Positions 41,400 through 51,474 of a stretch of 53,751 nucleotides of DNA are shown in pieces; the first letter of the stretch is position 1, and the number at the start of each line of letters is the position of its first letter. Both the position numbers and the translations under genes were made by a program. The DNA is from Alphaproteobacteria bacterium (GTDB lineage Bacteria; Pseudomonadota; Alphaproteobacteria; CAAHEQ01; UBA3637). Where the stretch lies: NCBI GenBank assembly GCA_017453485.1, contig JAFTEW010000038.1, positions 1 to 53,751 on the forward strand, given 5' to 3'. The notes beneath the pieces were generated by a model that worked only from the letters and a program-made list of their open reading frames with translations, did no database searches and was not told the origin of the DNA.

Positions 41400-42986
41400 T
41401 TATTCTTTTATTTTTAGCAATTTAATGTCTGTAAAATCTTCTTCAGCTTTGCCCAGGTGCCAGGCGTTTCTGGCTAAAAAGACAGGTGAACCGTCGTGAT
41501 CCGTAGCCATCGTTCCTGTGTTTTTGGCAATAAAATTTTCAACCGATTTATCCGGTCCGGATACCCAGCGGGCCGTGATATAACTGGTCGGTTCGAAAAT
41601 AACGGGGACATCAAATTCTGTCCGAATTCTGTCGGCCAAAACTTCAAATTGCAAAGCCCCGACGACGCCGACAATCCAATCTGAACCGATGGATGGCTTG
41701 AATACGCTGGCTCCGCCTTCTTCGGCAATTTGCTCCAAAGCCTTCCCCAGGTGTTTTGCTTTTAACGGATCGACAGCCCGCACTTTTTGCAACAATTCCG
41801 GTGCAAAAGAGGGGATCCCTTTAAATGTTAAAACTTCACCTTCGGAAAACGAGTCACCGATTCGCATGCCGCCGTGATTCGGCAAACCGATGATGTCTCC
41901 GGCATAGGCATCTTCGGCTAATTCACGATCTTGTGCTAAGAACATAACCGGATTATGCAGAATCATTTGTTTATTATCCCGCAGGTGCAATAATTTCATG
42001 CCTCTTTTAAAGTGACCGGAGCAAATGCGCATAAAGGCAATTCGATCCCGATGCTTCGGATCCATATTGGCTTGAATTTTAAACACAAAGCCACTGACCT
42101 TATTTTCATCGGGGCGGATTATGCGCTCTGAGGCTTCCTGTGGTTTCGGGGAGGGTGCCAGTGATACCAAAGAATCCAATAATTCACGAACACCAAAATT
42201 ATTAACGGCTGAGCCGAAAAAGACCGGTGTCAGGTAGCCTTCACGGTAGGCCTCCATATCAACCGTTTTACACAAGGCACGCACCATTTCAACGTCTTCA
42301 CGTAATTTAGAGACCTGATTTTCAGGTAATAGAGAATCCAGTTTTGAATCATTAACCCCGTTGATGGTTTCGCCGACGGCTGGTAATTTTGATTTATCCG
42401 CCGCTTTATCAATTAAATTCAATCGATCGTGAATGAGGTCAAAACATCCCTTAAAATCATGGCCCATCCCGATAGGCCAAACGGCTGGTGCCACATCCAA
42501 AGCCAGGGTTTGTTCAATTTCTTCCAATAACGCAAAGGGATCTTGGCCTTCACGGTCTAATTTATTGATAAAAGTAATAATGGGGATATCACGTAAGCGG
42601 CAAACTTCAAACAGTTTTTTTGTTTGTGTTTCAATCCCTTTGGCACAATCAATAACCATGACGGCCGAATCAACCGCCGTTAACACACGGTAAGTATCTT
42701 CCGAAAAATCTTCGTGTCCCGGGGTGTCTAATAAGTTGAAAGTACAGCCGCCGTATTCAAATGTCATAACGGACGAAGCAACTGAAATCCCCCGTTCCTG
42801 TTCCACCTTCATCCAATCGGAATGGGCACGCCTGTTGTCACCGCGTGCTTTGACGGCGCCGGCCTGATTAATGGCACCACCGAAAAGCAGCAATTTTTCG
42901 GTCAGTGTAGTTTTTCCGGCATCCGGGTGTGAAATAATAGCAAAAGTGCGCCTTTTTTGAACGATTTCAGATAAATTTTCTGCCAT
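41400..42986 (-). CDS. prfC: Peptide chain release factor 3
   Basis: RRTFAIISHPDAGKTT, DTPGHEDF, NKLD, KIQANMDPKHRDRIAF. Confidence 0.98.
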   Translation of the reverse strand: MAENLSEIVQKRRTFAIISHPDAGKTTLTEKLLLFGGAINQAGAVKARGDNRRAHSDWMKVEQERGISVASSVMTFEYGGCTFNLLDTPGHEDFSEDTYRVLTAVDSAVMVIDCAKGIETQTKKLFEVCRLRDIPIITFINKLDREGQDPFALLEEIEQTLALDVAPAVWPIGMGHDFKGCFDLIHDRLNLIDKAADKSKLPAVGETINGVNDSKLDSLLPENQVSKLREDVEMVRALCKTVDMEAYREGYLTPVFFGSAVNNFGVRELLDSLVSLAPSPKPQEASERIIRPDENKVSGFVFKIQANMDPKHRDRIAFMRICSGHFKRGMKLLHLRDNKQMILHNPVMFLAQDRELAEDAYAGDIIGLPNHGGMRIGDSFSEGEVLTFKGIPSFAPELLQKVRAVDPLKAKHLGKALEQIAEEGGASVFKPSIGSDWIVGVVGALQFEVLADRIRTEFDVPVIFEPTSYITARWVSGPDKSVENFIAKNTGTMATDHDGSPVFLARNAWHLGKAEEDFTDIKLLKIKE

Positions 42987-43060
42987 AGCGGTTGTCCTTA
43001 ACTGTTTTTGGAAATATATCTGAAAATAATAAAAAAGTCAAGAAAAGATGAAAAAATGGC

Positions 43061-43088
43061 TTGACAACGTATACCGTTATGCTACAAT
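43061..43088 (+). promoter_or_regulatory. Putative sigma70 promoter with extended -10
   Basis: TTGACA (43061-43066), 16-nt spacer, TG-c-TACAAT (-10 box at 43083-43088). Confidence 0.6.
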
Positions 43089-43117
43089 TATAGTATAACA
43101 AGCGAAAGGAGAATACT

Positions 43118-43351
43118 ATGTCATCATCATCAAAATTAAGCGCCGCTTCGGCAAAAAAAACGGTTAAAGTCGATGTAAAGGAAACGGAAACTGCTGGGTT
43201 GACCGAAAAGATCGTTAATGATTTGGAAAGTAAACCAAATAGTAGGGCCGTTAAAAACGTAAACAAAGCCATGTTGGAAGCATGGGGTTGTGAATTGAGT
43301 GTTAAAGACGGTAAATTGATTATGGTCGCTGTTCAGTCACAAGGACGATAA
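43118..43351 (+). CDS. Hypothetical 77-aa protein
   Basis: Strong AAGGAG SD; stop directly abuts the next ATG. Confidence 0.7.
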   Translation: MSSSSKLSAASAKKTVKVDVKETETAGLTEKIVNDLESKPNSRAVKNVNKAMLEAWGCELSVKDGKLIMVAVQSQGR

Positions 43352-43687
43352 ATGCCGATTTTGCAAAACAGAACCTATTGCATAAAGCCGACGACAAAAG
43401 AGGGGTTTTTTGTCTTGATTATTCGGGCGCGCGATGAAGATGCTAAGGGAGCTTCTATCATGTATGATGGACGGAGTAACGCTCTGTTTTTGCGCCGTCC
43501 GAAGGAGACAATACTATTGGATTATATTAACCCGTCTATCCAAAAAGCATTGGTCGAATCGGCCGAAGTTGGTGTCGTGGAATTAGATATTATCACGGAA
43601 GATGTGACCCGAACCTACAAAGTCCCGATGCGTCGGGTTGACGAAGTATTTGTAGCGACTTACGGCACATCCTATTCGGTTTGTTAG
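43352..43687 (+). CDS. Hypothetical protein (paralogue of 32072-32398)
   Basis: IIRAR, IMYDG, LDYINPS, VVE and RTY motifs shared with 32072-32398. Confidence 0.75.
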   Translation: MPILQNRTYCIKPTTKEGFFVLIIRARDEDAKGASIMYDGRSNALFLRRPKETILLDYINPSIQKALVESAEVGVVELDIITEDVTRTYKVPMRRVDEVFVATYGTSYSVC

Positions 43688-43689
43688 GA

Positions 43690-45105
43690 TTACTCAACAA
43701 CGGCAATATGCAGAATGTTTGTTTTCCCTTTTTTGGCGAAGGGAATGCCGGCTGTGATTACAATTTCATCTCCTTTATTAACCATATTTAAGGATTTTGT
43801 TAATTGTAAGGTCAAGGTTGAAACATCCGTTATCCCTTCTAGTTGTTTTGTTTTTAAAGGTAAAACACCCCATACCAACGCTAATTTATTAGCAACTTTT
43901 TCATCCGGAGTTAAGCCCAAAATAGGGACGGGGACGCGTTCTCGAGCAGCTCGTATCGTCGTTTTACCGGAGATGGAATAGGTCGCAATACATGCAGGAT
44001 GTTCCAAAACTTGAATAATATTTTTCATCCCGGCTGTAATAGCACTGGCTACCGTGTTATCAGGTGGTAAGGAAACAGCCTGCATTGCCATGGCGTAATA
44101 TCTGTCGGATTGAATACTGTCAATGACTTGTTTCATCATGGCAACCGCCTGAACCGGATATTGTCCGGCGGCGGTTTCTGCGGATAGCATGACGCAATCG
44201 GCCCCTTCGTAAACGGCAGTTGCAACATCGGAAACTTCGGCCCGTGTCGGAACAGGGGCATTAATCATACTTTCTAACATCTGAGTAGCCACGATAACGG
44301 GTTTGCCGGCATGTCGGCATCTATCAATAATTTGGCGTTGAAGGGTCGGAACCTGCTCAACGGGACATTCAACTCCCAGGTCACCACGGGCCACCATCAC
44401 ACCATCTGCCAAATCTACAATTTTATCCAAATGTGTAATGGCGGATGGTTTTTCTACTTTGACAATAATACCGGCCTTTCCCTTAATCAGATGTCGCGCC
44501 AATTCCACATCCTGCGGTTTTTGCACAAAGGATAAACAAATCCAATCAACGCCAAGTGACAAAGCAAATTTTAAATCCTTTATATCTTTTTCCGTCAAAG
44601 CCGAAATCGGCAAGACCACATCAGGAACATTTACCCCTTTATGATCTGACAAGACACCCCCGACTAAAACAGTCGTATCAATATAATTCGGTCCGGCGGA
44701 AATAACCTTTAACTTAATTTGTCCATCGTTTAATAAAAGGGTTTGCCCCTTTCGAATAACCTGATAAATTTCCGGATGGGGCAGTAAAACTCTTTTTTCG
44801 TTTCCAGGCTCATGCAACATATCTAACCTGAATTTTTGCCCGTTTTTTAACAGGGTATGACCGTCTTCAAATTCTCCGACGCGTAATTTAGGCCCTTGCA
44901 TATCGGCTAAGACACTATAATGTTGTTTTTTCTTTTTGGATAATTTCCTGATGGTATTAAACCGTTGTTTCTGTTCGGCATGAGTGCCATGGCTGAAATT
45001 TAAACGAAAGACATTGGCTCCGGCATCCATTAAGTGCTCAATTATATCCGGTGTGCCGGAAGCCGGGCCCAGCGTGGCCACAATTTTTGTAAAAACAGAT
45101 TTCAT
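43690..45105 (-). CDS. pyk: Pyruvate kinase
   Basis: TKIVATLGPA, RLNFSHG, D.QGPKLR, MVARGDLGVE, ATQMLESM, MLSAETA. Confidence 0.98.
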   Translation of the reverse strand: MKSVFTKIVATLGPASGTPDIIEHLMDAGANVFRLNFSHGTHAEQKQRFNTIRKLSKKKKQHYSVLADMQGPKLRVGEFEDGHTLLKNGQKFRLDMLHEPGNEKRVLLPHPEIYQVIRKGQTLLLNDGQIKLKVISAGPNYIDTTVLVGGVLSDHKGVNVPDVVLPISALTEKDIKDLKFALSLGVDWICLSFVQKPQDVELARHLIKGKAGIIVKVEKPSAITHLDKIVDLADGVMVARGDLGVECPVEQVPTLQRQIIDRCRHAGKPVIVATQMLESMINAPVPTRAEVSDVATAVYEGADCVMLSAETAAGQYPVQAVAMMKQVIDSIQSDRYYAMAMQAVSLPPDNTVASAITAGMKNIIQVLEHPACIATYSISGKTTIRAARERVPVPILGLTPDEKVANKLALVWGVLPLKTKQLEGITDVSTLTLQLTKSLNMVNKGDEIVITAGIPFAKKGKTNILHIAVVE

Positions 45106-45108
45106 ATT

Positions 45109-46002
45109 TTATCCTTGAATTTTTAAAGTAATATTTCCGGTCAATGATTGGTTGGGACCGATACTGCGAATACCGGTTCCGATGACCCCGTCAGCAGCCA
45201 GATTAAAGGCATTAGACGCATTAGAAGATGGTTCTAAACAAAAGAAATTTTTTCCCTTTGGAGCGAACAGAACAACATGGTGAAAAATATCACTAGTTGT
45301 GATGTCAACAGAAATATCCCGGGCAGGGTAGGAAATGCGGGCCTGCTCCTCAAAACCGCCGAAGCAGGTATCAAAAACGGCATTATTTAACGGTTTTCCT
45401 CCGTCAAAACTCCAAGCCGCCGGTGTTGTGTAAGGCTCATCAAAAATGGGATCGGACTCATTGCTCCAAACAACCTGTGATTTAAAGTTTAATTCAACAT
45501 CCTTTGTTTTGACAAAAAACGGATGAATACCTAAGCCGCACGGCATCGGCAAAGGGGATGGATTACGGACGGACAGTTGAATATCCAAATTTCCTTCATT
45601 CAGTGTATATGTAATTTCCGCCCCGAAAGAAAAGGGAAAACCTGAATCCTTTTTATCATGTGTCATGGTAAGGGTCAGACTGTCATCCGTTTGCTTTTGA
45701 ACCGTCCAGATGCTTTTCCAACCGTCACCATGAATTGGATCGGAAATTCCGTTTTGATTTTTGGAAACTTTACGCAGTATACCCCAGTAAGTAAATGATC
45801 CGCCGCGAATACGACCGCAATAAGGCAACATGGGAAATAATGCTGTTTGGTTTGAATCAAGTTTGTCTTTGCGAATATCTGTCGGCCGTAAAATATCTAT
45901 CCAATCTCCGTTTTTCTGATAGGTTAAAAAGGAAAGGCTTGCCCCCAATTCGGGTAAAATTCCCAATCGAACTTTTTTATTGGATAAAATAATTTCCTGC
46001 AT
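45109..46002 (-). CDS. Aldose 1-epimerase family protein
   Basis: FPMLPYCGRI, IHGDGW, GLGIHPFF, FCLEP. Confidence 0.9.
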   Translation of the reverse strand: MQEIILSNKKVRLGILPELGASLSFLTYQKNGDWIDILRPTDIRKDKLDSNQTALFPMLPYCGRIRGGSFTYWGILRKVSKNQNGISDPIHGDGWKSIWTVQKQTDDSLTLTMTHDKKDSGFPFSFGAEITYTLNEGNLDIQLSVRNPSPLPMPCGLGIHPFFVKTKDVELNFKSQVVWSNESDPIFDEPYTTPAAWSFDGGKPLNNAVFDTCFGGFEEQARISYPARDISVDITTSDIFHHVVLFAPKGKNFFCLEPSSNASNAFNLAADGVIGTGIRSIGPNQSLTGNITLKIQG

Positions 46003-46005
46003 GAT

Positions 46006-47088
46006 TTATAATCCTTTCTTTTTACGAGGTTTACTCTTTCCCTTCCTGGAAAGAACAGGTTGTTTTATGGGGGTATTCAGGCTATTTAACGCTTTCAACA
46101 ACATATCATCAAACAAATCTCGATCATTCGTTTTTTCGGCGGCCCCGAAGTGTACCGTGATAAAAAAGCCCCCCTTATATTGTAAGTTTTCCTTATGAAT
46201 TTTTTCCTTAATTCTATTGGCAACTGTCATCGCATTTTTTTGTGATGTTTCCGGCAATATCAATGCGAATTCTACATCACCAACGCGACCGATATAGTCC
46301 GAATCACGGATTATATTTTGGGTAATGGCCACAACCTGTCTGACAATATCATCACTGAAATCACGATGATCATCAACACTGTGAAAATAGTCTAACTGCA
46401 TAATCAAAACAGACAGATTCCGTTTATACCGAACGGCCCGTTTCAATTCGTGATAACCGGCTTCTAAAATAGCCTGCCGGTTTAAAACACCTGTCTGAGG
46501 ATCAACAGATGCCAGGTATTTTAATTCTTCTTCCAATCGTTTACGTTTTGTGATATCGAATCCGACGGAACGCAGTTCTTTTGGCTCACCCGAATCGTCA
46601 TACATCACGCGATTGGTCCACGATATCCAGAAATGTTCTCCGGATTTCTTAACGTTTTCTGTTTCGTTTTCCACATATAATTTGGGATTGGCAAAAATTC
46701 TGGAAATGATATCGGACTGTGGCTGATTATTTTTTGTCTTTTTGGGAAAAATCAGTCCGAAAGCCTCTTTCCCTATCAATTCTTCTTTTGTATAACCGAA
46801 TAATTCACAGGCATAATCGTTCATATCAATCATTCTGCCTTCGGCATCCATAGAGATAATAATACTGCGAGATGATTCAGGAATAAAGGGAGACAACAAA
46901 TCCTGGGCATCGGCTTTGGCCTTATTTAATTCTTTATCTTTTCCGGCCAATGCTTCTACCATATCTGATAATTTTTTGCGTAAGACCTGAGAACGGTTTA
47001 ATAACAAAATCGATATGATGACAAACAGAAGCGTCGTGACGAAAAAGAAAGCCTGTAACACAGTGACACAACTTATTGCTTGCGACAT
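46006..47088 (-). CDS. Membrane-anchored PAS + degenerate GGDEF protein
   Basis: N-terminal TM, PAS/PAC (N...CELFGY..EELIG, DITKRK), DPQTGVLNR, RDSD, GDVEF. Confidence 0.88.
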   Translation of the reverse strand: MSQAISCVTVLQAFFFVTTLLFVIISILLLNRSQVLRKKLSDMVEALAGKDKELNKAKADAQDLLSPFIPESSRSIIISMDAEGRMIDMNDYACELFGYTKEELIGKEAFGLIFPKKTKNNQPQSDIISRIFANPKLYVENETENVKKSGEHFWISWTNRVMYDDSGEPKELRSVGFDITKRKRLEEELKYLASVDPQTGVLNRQAILEAGYHELKRAVRYKRNLSVLIMQLDYFHSVDDHRDFSDDIVRQVVAITQNIIRDSDYIGRVGDVEFALILPETSQKNAMTVANRIKEKIHKENLQYKGGFFITVHFGAAEKTNDRDLFDDMLLKALNSLNTPIKQPVLSRKGKSKPRKKKGL

Positions 47089-47221
47089 AAAATCTCATCT
47101 CCTTAAATCTGAACAGGCTCAGACTAACTTTTTTTTTGCAAATTGACAAGTAAAAAAATGCTTTTTCTTGACTTTTTTTGAAAAATGAGGCATCTTATCG
47201 GAAAAATGATAAAGGAAACAG

Positions 47222-48661
47222 ATGACAAATAGCAACCAACAAATTCGTGATATTGCCGCCGAAAAATACCGTTACGGCTTTGAAACACAGGTTGAAACGG
47301 ATTCTGTGCCAAAAGGCTTGAATGAAGATATTATTCGATTGATATCCCATAAAAAGAATGAGCCGGAATGGCTGCTGGATTTTCGATTAAAGGCTTATCG
47401 ACATTGGTTGACAATGACAGAACCACATTGGGGAAAGTTTGATTACCAACCGATTGATTATCAGGATTTATACTATTATTCGGCCCCACAAAACACGGGG
47501 GTTAAATCGCTGAATGAGGTTGATCCGGAAATCTTAAAAACCTATGAAAAATTGGGTATTCCTTTACAAGAACAAAAGGTGTTGGCCGGTGTTGCCGTTG
47601 ATGCAATTTTTGATAGTGTGTCGGTTGCAACAACCTATCGGGAACAGTTGAAAAAACAGGGGATTTTATTTTGCTCAATTTCCGAAGCGATTCGGGAATA
47701 TCCTGATTTGGTGAAACAATATTTGGGATCTGTTGTGCCTTATACGGATAACTTTTTCGCCTGCTTGAATAGCGCTGTTTTTTCCGATGGCTCTTTTGTC
47801 TATATCCCAAAGGGTGTCAGGGCCCCGTTGGAATTGTCCAGTTATTTCCGAATTAACGCCAGAAACAGCGGGCAATTTGAAAGAACCCTTATCGTTGCAG
47901 AAGATGATTCTTATGTCAGTTATCTGGAAGGGTGCACAGCTCCGCAACGGGATGAAAATCAGTTGCATGCGGCTATTGTAGAGATTGTTGTGAAAGATCG
48001 TGCCGAAGTTAAATACTCTACGGTTCAAAACTGGTATCCCGGGGATGAAAACGGTCGGGGTGGCATTTATAATTTTGTGACAAAACGCGGTATTTGTTAT
48101 AATTATGCCAAGTTGTCCTGGACACAAGTTGAAACCGGCTCTGCCATTACCTGGAAATATCCTAGTTGCATTTTAAAAGGCGATTATTCCGTTGGGGAAT
48201 TTTATTCGGTTGCTATGACAAAAAATTATCAAAAAGCCGATACCGGCACAAAGATGATTCATTTGGGAAAGAATACGTCTTCAACCATTATTTCAAAGGG
48301 AATATCCGCCGGTCATTCCGACAATACGTATCGTGGGGAAGTTAAAATAGCTCCTCAGGCTGTCGGGGCCAGAAATGTATCCAAGTGTGACAGCCTCTTA
48401 ATCGGTGATAAATGCGGAGCTCATACAATACCCGTTATGTCCTGCGGAAATACAAGTGGTATCATTGAACATGAGGCAACAACATCCAAAATATCGGAAG
48501 AACAACTTTTTTACGCCGAATCACGGGGGCTTAACCCGGAACAAGCGGTCGGTTTAATCGTGAACGGTTTTTGTCGGGAAGTCATGCAAAAATTACCGAT
48601 GGAGTTTGCCATAGAAGCACAACGGTTAATCGGTATCAATTTAGAAGGAACAGTCGGATGA
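47222..48661 (+). CDS. sufB: Fe-S cluster assembly protein SufB
   Basis: [48 protein letters not shown]. Confidence 0.97.
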   Translation: MTNSNQQIRDIAAEKYRYGFETQVETDSVPKGLNEDIIRLISHKKNEPEWLLDFRLKAYRHWLTMTEPHWGKFDYQPIDYQDLYYYSAPQNTGVKSLNEVDPEILKTYEKLGIPLQEQKVLAGVAVDAIFDSVSVATTYREQLKKQGILFCSISEAIREYPDLVKQYLGSVVPYTDNFFACLNSAVFSDGSFVYIPKGVRAPLELSSYFRINARNSGQFERTLIVAEDDSYVSYLEGCTAPQRDENQLHAAIVEIVVKDRAEVKYSTVQNWYPGDENGRGGIYNFVTKRGICYNYAKLSWTQVETGSAITWKYPSCILKGDYSVGEFYSVAMTKNYQKADTGTKMIHLGKNTSSTIISKGISAGHSDNTYRGEVKIAPQAVGARNVSKCDSLLIGDKCGAHTIPVMSCGNTSGIIEHEATTSKISEEQLFYAESRGLNPEQAVGLIVNGFCREVMQKLPMEFAIEAQRLIGINLEGTVG

Positions 48662-48942
48662 CATATAAGTACACAACGGAATCGCTTTGTAAGCAGGCAG
48701 TGGAAACCTGGGGTAAAGATAGTCAGTTAATGAAATTGCTGGAAGAAATGAGCGAATTACAGAAGGAAATTATTAAAAATATCAGTTTTGGAAAAGACAA
48801 TTTAAATGAAATTGCCGAAGAAACGGCCGATGTTTTGATTATGTTGGAACGCTTGATTTATATTTACGATATGTCGGATAAAGTGAATGAACAGGCCGCG
48901 TTTAAGGTAAATAGAGTTAAAGGATATTTGGGGATAAAATAA
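48658..48942 (+). CDS. MazG-like all-alpha NTP pyrophosphohydrolase
   Basis: A+..WG...Q...[10 protein letters not shown] ... [11 protein letters not shown] motif; ATGA overlap with the sufB stop. Confidence 0.8.
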   Translation: MTYKYTTESLCKQAVETWGKDSQLMKLLEEMSELQKEIIKNISFGKDNLNEIAEETADVLIMLERLIYIYDMSDKVNEQAAFKVNRVKGYLGIK

Positions 48943-48944
48943 AA

Positions 48945-49688
48945 ATGGCTTTATTGGAAATTAAAGATTTACATGCCTGTGTCGGCGAAAAAGAGATTTT
49001 AAAAGGGGTTAATTTGTGCTTTGAACCAGGGGAGGTTCATGCCATCATGGGACCGAACGGATGCGGAAAAAGCACATTATCTGCTGTTATTGCCGGTCAT
49101 CCTTCGTTTCAAATAACGCAAGGCGATATTTTATTTAAGGGGCAAAGTATATTAAATCAAACACCTGACGTTCGGGCCAACAAGGGTATCTTTTTGGCTT
49201 TTCAGCATCCGGTTGAGTTGCCGGGTGTCGGCTTGGCGCAATTTTTAAAAACAGCCCTGAATGCCAAACGGTCTTTTTTAGGGCAGGCCCAAATGGACGG
49301 TGTTCAGTTCATGAAGCATATGAACCTGCGGGCCAAGGCATTGGGAATCACACCGGATATGTTAAAGCGTCCTGTAAATGTTGGCTTTTCGGGGGGAGAG
49401 AAAAAACGCCTTGAAACGTTTCAAATGGCGATGTTAGAACCGGATTTCTGTATTTTGGATGAAATGGATTCAGGACTTGATGTAGATGCCTTAAAAGTGG
49501 TCGGGCAGGGACTATCCGTTATGCGGGAACCGAACCGCAGTTTTATGATTATTACCCATCATGATGATTTGTTGCAATACATTCAACCTGATAAAGTTTC
49601 TATTATGCGGGACGGTCAAATTGTCACAACCGGTGGGGTTGATTTGGTTCATCAGGTAGAGGAACAGGGATATGATCATTTCCGATAA
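48945..49688 (+). CDS. sufC: Fe-S cluster assembly ATPase SufC
   Basis: MGPNGCGKSTL, FLAFQ.P.E.PGV, VNVGFSGGEKKR, ILDE.DSGLDVDAL, ITH. Confidence 0.96.
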   Translation: MALLEIKDLHACVGEKEILKGVNLCFEPGEVHAIMGPNGCGKSTLSAVIAGHPSFQITQGDILFKGQSILNQTPDVRANKGIFLAFQHPVELPGVGLAQFLKTALNAKRSFLGQAQMDGVQFMKHMNLRAKALGITPDMLKRPVNVGFSGGEKKRLETFQMAMLEPDFCILDEMDSGLDVDALKVVGQGLSVMREPNRSFMIITHHDDLLQYIQPDKVSIMRDGQIVTTGGVDLVHQVEEQGYDHFR

Positions 49689-50292
49689 CCGGTTCTTTTT
49701 ATCTTCAACAGCAGGGGTTGTAGTTGAACGCCCTGCTTCTTCAAAATGGATATTTCAGGTATCTGAAAACGGATTCTTGCAGGGCGATTTCTTGCAAGTC
49801 AACGGTGATTTGGATATATCCGTATTGTTAAATGGCATTGATGCAAAATGTGAATTGAACTGTGGATATTTATTAAATGATAACAATAAGATAAATATAA
49901 AAATTCACGTAGAACATAAATGTTCAAAAACAATTTCGAATCAACAAATCCGCGGGCTTGCTACCGGTAATGGAGAAGCCTGTTTTAACGGAACAATTAC
50001 AATTCCGCATAACAGCCAAAAATGTGACGGTCATCAAAATCACAGAGCCGTTATTTTATCCGATACGGCCAGGGTCCTGTCGGTTCCGCAATTGGAGATT
50101 TGGGCAGATGATGTGAAATGTGCTCACGGTTCGGCAATCGGTCCTCTGAATAAAGAACAACTGTTCTATTTGCAAACGCGCGGATTAACGGAAAGCCAGG
50201 CCAGAAAAATTTTATTATCATCGTTTTTTAATCATTTCTCTTCCATGGAATTTGATGGAATTATTCAGGATTGGATGGCACATTATGTTTAA
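49672..50292 (+). CDS. sufD: SufD, N-terminally shortened
   Basis: FNG.I.I...SQK.DG.Q, PQLEIWADDVKCAHGS, LFYLQTRGL. Confidence 0.88.
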   Translation: MIISDNRFFLSSTAGVVVERPASSKWIFQVSENGFLQGDFLQVNGDLDISVLLNGIDAKCELNCGYLLNDNNKINIKIHVEHKCSKTISNQQIRGLATGNGEACFNGTITIPHNSQKCDGHQNHRAVILSDTARVLSVPQLEIWADDVKCAHGSAIGPLNKEQLFYLQTRGLTESQARKILLSSFFNHFSSMEFDGIIQDWMAHYV

Positions 50293-51472
50293 AGAAGACT
50301 TTCCGTTATTGAGGAATCAAATTTGTTATTTAGATTCGGCGGCTTCTGCCCAAAAACCGGAGCCTATTTTGCGTTGTATGGACCAATTTTATCGGACGAC
50401 CTATGCTAATGTGCACCGGGGTCAATGTGCCATTGCTACCCGTGCAACGGATTTATATGAACAGGCCCGTCATACTGTTGCTGATTTCATCCATGCCCGA
50501 CCCAAAAACATTATTTTTACCAAGGGGGCGACCGAAAGTATTAATTTGGTTGCCAGCGGATATCGTGAAGTATTAAAACCCGGTGATGAAGTGTTGGTCA
50601 GTATGGCTGAACACCACGCTGATTTTGTTCCCTGGCAGCAGGTCTGTTTACGCACGGGGGCGATATTTAAAGTTTTCAATGTCTTATCGGACGGACAATT
50701 TGATTTAAACGACTTTCGATCAAAGTTATCACCGAGAACGAAAATGGTAGCAGTGACCCAACTATCCAATGTTTTGGGAATTGTTAATCCTATTCGGGAA
50801 ATAGCAGATTTATCACATCAATTCGGGGCGCGCATTCTTGTTGATGGAGCCCAGGGGATTGCTCATTTACCGGTTGATGTAGCAGAGCTTGACTGTGACT
50901 ATTATGCTTTTTCGGGACATAAATTATATGGTCCGACCGGTATCGGGATTTTGTATGGAAAAACAGAAGCGTTGGAACAATTGCCACCATATCAATTCGG
51001 AGGGGATATGATTAAAACCGTTTCAATTGAAAAAACTGAAATGGCCGATATTCCGGCCCGTTTTGAAGCCGGAACAACCCCTTTTGTTGAGGCTATCGGT
51101 TTGGCAGAAGCAATCCGATATATATCCCATATCGGTATGCGATCTATTTGTGAACATGAACGCAAATTGACCGATCTTCTTTTAGATGAATTACATAAAA
51201 TTCCGAATATGGAAATAGTAGGGGATTGCCGGGAAAAGCAAGGGTTAATTTCTTTTAATGTAAAAGGTATTCATCCGACAGATCTGGCTTTTGTTCTGTC
51301 AAAAGAACATATCTGTGTGCGTGTCGGTCATCATTGTGCTATGCCGATTCATCATTTTTTCAATCATGATGTTTCTTTGCGGGTTTCATTCGGATTGTAT
51401 AATGATGAATCCGATGTCAATATCTTTATGGAATCGTTGAAAAAAGCATTGTTATTGTTGGGGGAAGGATAA
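50285..51472 (+). CDS. sufS: Cysteine desulfurase (SufS type)
   Basis: YLDSAASAQKP, ANVHRG, VDGAQ, FSGHKLYGPTGIG, FEAGT, RVGHHCA.P. Confidence 0.96.
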   Translation: MFKEDFPLLRNQICYLDSAASAQKPEPILRCMDQFYRTTYANVHRGQCAIATRATDLYEQARHTVADFIHARPKNIIFTKGATESINLVASGYREVLKPGDEVLVSMAEHHADFVPWQQVCLRTGAIFKVFNVLSDGQFDLNDFRSKLSPRTKMVAVTQLSNVLGIVNPIREIADLSHQFGARILVDGAQGIAHLPVDVAELDCDYYAFSGHKLYGPTGIGILYGKTEALEQLPPYQFGGDMIKTVSIEKTEMADIPARFEAGTTPFVEAIGLAEAIRYISHIGMRSICEHERKLTDLLLDELHKIPNMEIVGDCREKQGLISFNVKGIHPTDLAFVLSKEHICVRVGHHCAMPIHHFFNHDVSLRVSFGLYNDESDVNIFMESLKKALLLLGEG

Positions 51473-51474
51473 TT

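Noticed and set aside
48571-48657. N-terminal extension of the MazG-like ORF given in the ORF track
   Set aside because: Overlaps the sufB 3' end; ATG 48658 with ATGA coupling and an AAGGA SD is the better start
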